Below are positions 61,840 through 64,000 of a stretch of 64,000 nucleotides of DNA, in pieces; within the stretch, counting starts at the first letter, position 1, and every line of letters starts with the position of its first letter. Below the pieces are notes generated by a model. That model was not told where the DNA came from and ran no database searches. It worked only from the letters and a program-made list of their open reading frames with translations. The DNA comes from an uncultured Planctomycetia bacterium (lineage in GTDB: Bacteria > Omnitrophota > Gorgyraeia > 1-14-0-20-64-10): the NCBI GenBank assembly GCA_964373715.1, contig CAYJVR010000006.1, positions 39,781 to 103,780 on the forward strand, given 5' to 3'. The position numbers and the translations under genes are program-made.

Positions 61840-64000
61840 GAAGATTCTCATTATAGGCTCCGGCCCTATTGTGATAGGCCAGGCCTGCGAATTTGACTAT
61901 TCCGGCACACAAGCCTGCAAGGCCTTGAAGGAAGAGGGCTATTCGGTCGTGCTGGTCAATTCCAATCCCGCGACCATTATGACCGATCCTGAGTTTGCCG
62001 ATAGGACCTACATCGAGCCGATCACCGTCGAAGTGATAGAAAAAATCATCGAGCGGGAGCGGCCCGACGCCCTTCTGCCCACGCTGGGCGGCCAGACGGG
62101 GCTTAACGCGGCGATCCAGCTTGCCGAAGCCGGCATTCTTGAGCGGTTCGGCGTGGAGATGATAGGCGCCAATGCCCAAGCGATCCGGAAAGCGGAAAAC
62201 AGGGGGCTGTTCAAGCAGACGATGCTCGCTATCGGGTTAGATCTGCCCCAAAGCGGGGTTGCCCACACGATTACGGAGGCCCGGGCGGTTGCCGCGAGAA
62301 TTGGGTTCCCGGCCGTGATCCGGCCGGCCTTCACGCTTGGAGGAACCGGCGGCGGGATTGCTTACAACTGGGAAGAGTTTGACCGGATTGCCGAGTCGGG
62401 GCTTAGCTTAAGCATGGCGTCGGAGATCCTGGTTGAAGAATCGGTGATCGGCTGGAAAGAGTTTGAGTTGGAGGTCATGCGGGACAAGAAAGATAACGTG
62501 GTGATCGTTTGTTCGATCGAAAACCTGGACCCGATGGGGATACATACCGGCGATTCCATCACGGTGGCCCCGATCCAAACGCTGACAGACCGGGAATATC
62601 AGGCGATGCGAGACGACGCCATTGCCGTTATCCGGGCAATTGGCGTGGAGACGGGGGGATCCAACATCCAGTTTGCCGTTGACCCGAAAACCGGCCGCCG
62701 CGTCGTCATTGAAATGAACCCGAGGGTATCCCGTTCCTCCGCACTGGCCTCCAAGGTCACCGGATTTCCGATTGCCAAGATCGCGGCCAAGCTGGCCGTG
62801 GGATACACGTTAGACGAGCTGCCCAACGACATTACGCAGAAGACGCCGGCCTGCTTCGAGCCTACGCTGGACTACTGCGTGGTCAAAATCCCCCGGTGGG
62901 CGTTTGAAAAATTTCCGGCAGCTGATCCGACGCTGACCATCCAGATGAAATCGGTTGGAGAGGCCATGGCGATCGGGAGGACTTTCAAGGAGGCTTTTCA
63001 GAAAGGGATACGATCCCTTGAAATCGGGCGGTACGGCCTGGGGGCGGACGACAAGGATAAAATGCTGGTTTCAGATGATCTGCACAACGCGCTGCGGATC
63101 CCTAACGCGGAGAGGATGTTCGCCCTCCGGCAGGCGGTCCTCGCCGGGATGTCGAACGGCGAAATTCGTGAGATGACCAAGATTGACCCGTGGTTTATCC
63201 AAGAGATCCGGGAGATTGTTGAAACAGAGCAGAAATTAGCGGCCTGCAAGGATGCGTTCTCAGGGCCCTCCCTCACAGAGGAAGAGGTTGAGCTTCTCTT
63301 TAGGGCCAAGCAGGAGGGATTCAGCGACCGCCAGCTGGGCTTCCTTTTCGGAAAGCAAGAGCTGGAGGTCCGCTCCCTCAGGCTTTCGCACGGCATTAAG
63401 CCGGTTTTCTACCAGGTGGATACCTGCTCGGCCGAATTCGAGGCTTATACTCCGTACTATTACTCCACGTACGAACGTTCTCCGGTTGAGTTAGCTCAAC
63501 CCGCCAACCCGCCAACTAGCAAACCCGCTCAACAAAAGATTATGATTTTAGGCGGCGGCCCAAACAGGATCGGGCAGGGGATCGAGTTCGATTACTGCTG
63601 TGTGCATGCCGTTTTTGCTCTCAAAAGCGCCGGCTATAAAACGATCATGGTCAACTCCAACCCGGAGACCGTCTCGACCGATTATGATACCGCGGACCTT
63701 CTCTATTTTGAACCGTTGACGCTGGAGGATGTGCTCAACATCGTGGATGAGGAAAAGCCGAGCGGCGTTATCCTTCAGCTCGGCGGGCAGACGCCGCTCA
63801 ACCTGGCGCTGGCCTTGGCCGCCCAGAAAGTGCCGATCGTCGGGACATCCCCCGAGGAGATTGACCGGGCGGAAGACCGGAAGAAATTCAGCCAGCTGAT
63901 TGACAAACTGAAACTGCGCCAGCCCCCGAACGGGATCGCCTCCGGGATAGAGCAAGCCGTCGAAATCGCCAAGCGGCTGACCTTTCCGGTGCTTGTCCGG
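61817..64000 (+). CDS. carB: Carbamoyl-phosphate synthase large subunit. The 5' part is present, with ATG at 61817, and the 3' end runs off the window (not in the ORF track).
   Basis: Translation gives [57 protein letters not shown]... followed by the second ATP-grasp half ([24 protein letters not shown]...). Confidence 0.9.
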   Translation, partial: MPKRTDLKKILIIGSGPIVIGQACEFDYSGTQACKALKEEGYSVVLVNSNPATIMTDPEFADRTYIEPITVEVIEKIIERERPDALLPTLGGQTGLNAAIQLAEAGILERFGVEMIGANAQAIRKAENRGLFKQTMLAIGLDLPQSGVAHTITEARAVAARIGFPAVIRPAFTLGGTGGGIAYNWEEFDRIAESGLSLSMASEILVEESVIGWKEFELEVMRDKKDNVVIVCSIENLDPMGIHTGDSITVAPIQTLTDREYQAMRDDAIAVIRAIGVETGGSNIQFAVDPKTGRRVVIEMNPRVSRSSALASKVTGFPIAKIAAKLAVGYTLDELPNDITQKTPACFEPTLDYCVVKIPRWAFEKFPAADPTLTIQMKSVGEAMAIGRTFKEAFQKGIRSLEIGRYGLGADDKDKMLVSDDLHNALRIPNAERMFALRQAVLAGMSNGEIREMTKIDPWFIQEIREIVETEQKLAACKDAFSGPSLTEEEVELLFRAKQEGFSDRQLGFLFGKQELEVRSLRLSHGIKPVFYQVDTCSAEFEAYTPYYYSTYERSPVELAQPANPPTSKPAQQKIMILGGGPNRIGQGIEFDYCCVHAVFALKSAGYKTIMVNSNPETVSTDYDTADLLYFEPLTLEDVLNIVDEEKPSGVILQLGGQTPLNLALALAAQKVPIVGTSPEEIDRAEDRKKFSQLIDKLKLRQPPNGIASGIEQAVEIAKRLTFPVLVR

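Overview
This 64 kb window comes from a high-GC chromosome (about 62% GC) of a Gram-negative-type bacterium (lpxA, yidC/yidD and a LolA-like gene are present) and spans the chromosomal replication-origin neighbourhood. Nearly all of it is conserved housekeeping coding sequence. From the left on the minus strand: a 5' cysteine synthase fragment, then hemL, a sulfite/nitrite reductase, hemB, a cobA-hemD fusion, hemC and a JAMM/Mov34 protein. Next come an ABC transporter, sat and cysH, then rarA, clpB with a perfect CIRCE operator, a malic enzyme, and the thrS-infC-rpmI-rplT-pheS-pheT operon. After a tRNA-Val/Leu/Cys cluster come coaB/coaC as separate genes, rpoZ, gmk, yicC and ndk, then parB, parA, yidC, yidD, rnpA and rpmH. 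On the plus strand: dnaA, an AT-rich oriC-like gap, dnaN, a DUF721 (DciA-like) gene instead of recF, gyrB, gyrA, tRNA-Glu and a hemolysin-III protein. The window ends with tag, rsmI, lpxA and a pyrR-pyrB-pyrC-carA-carB cluster interrupted by three secreted-protein genes. The stand-out locus is 41374-53142. It holds a 2682-2706 aa multi-enzyme megaprotein (a glycosyltransferase-like module, a TIM-barrel-like module, two SAM methyltransferase modules and several unknown modules). Ten copies of a short AG[L/T]EE motif sit at its module boundaries. Transcribed divergently from it is an 1160 aa signal-peptide protein with an HEMMH zinc-protease motif and the same motif at both of its ends. I interpret this as a candidate undescribed polyprotein/processing system. 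No CRISPR array, IS element, integrase or rRNA is present.
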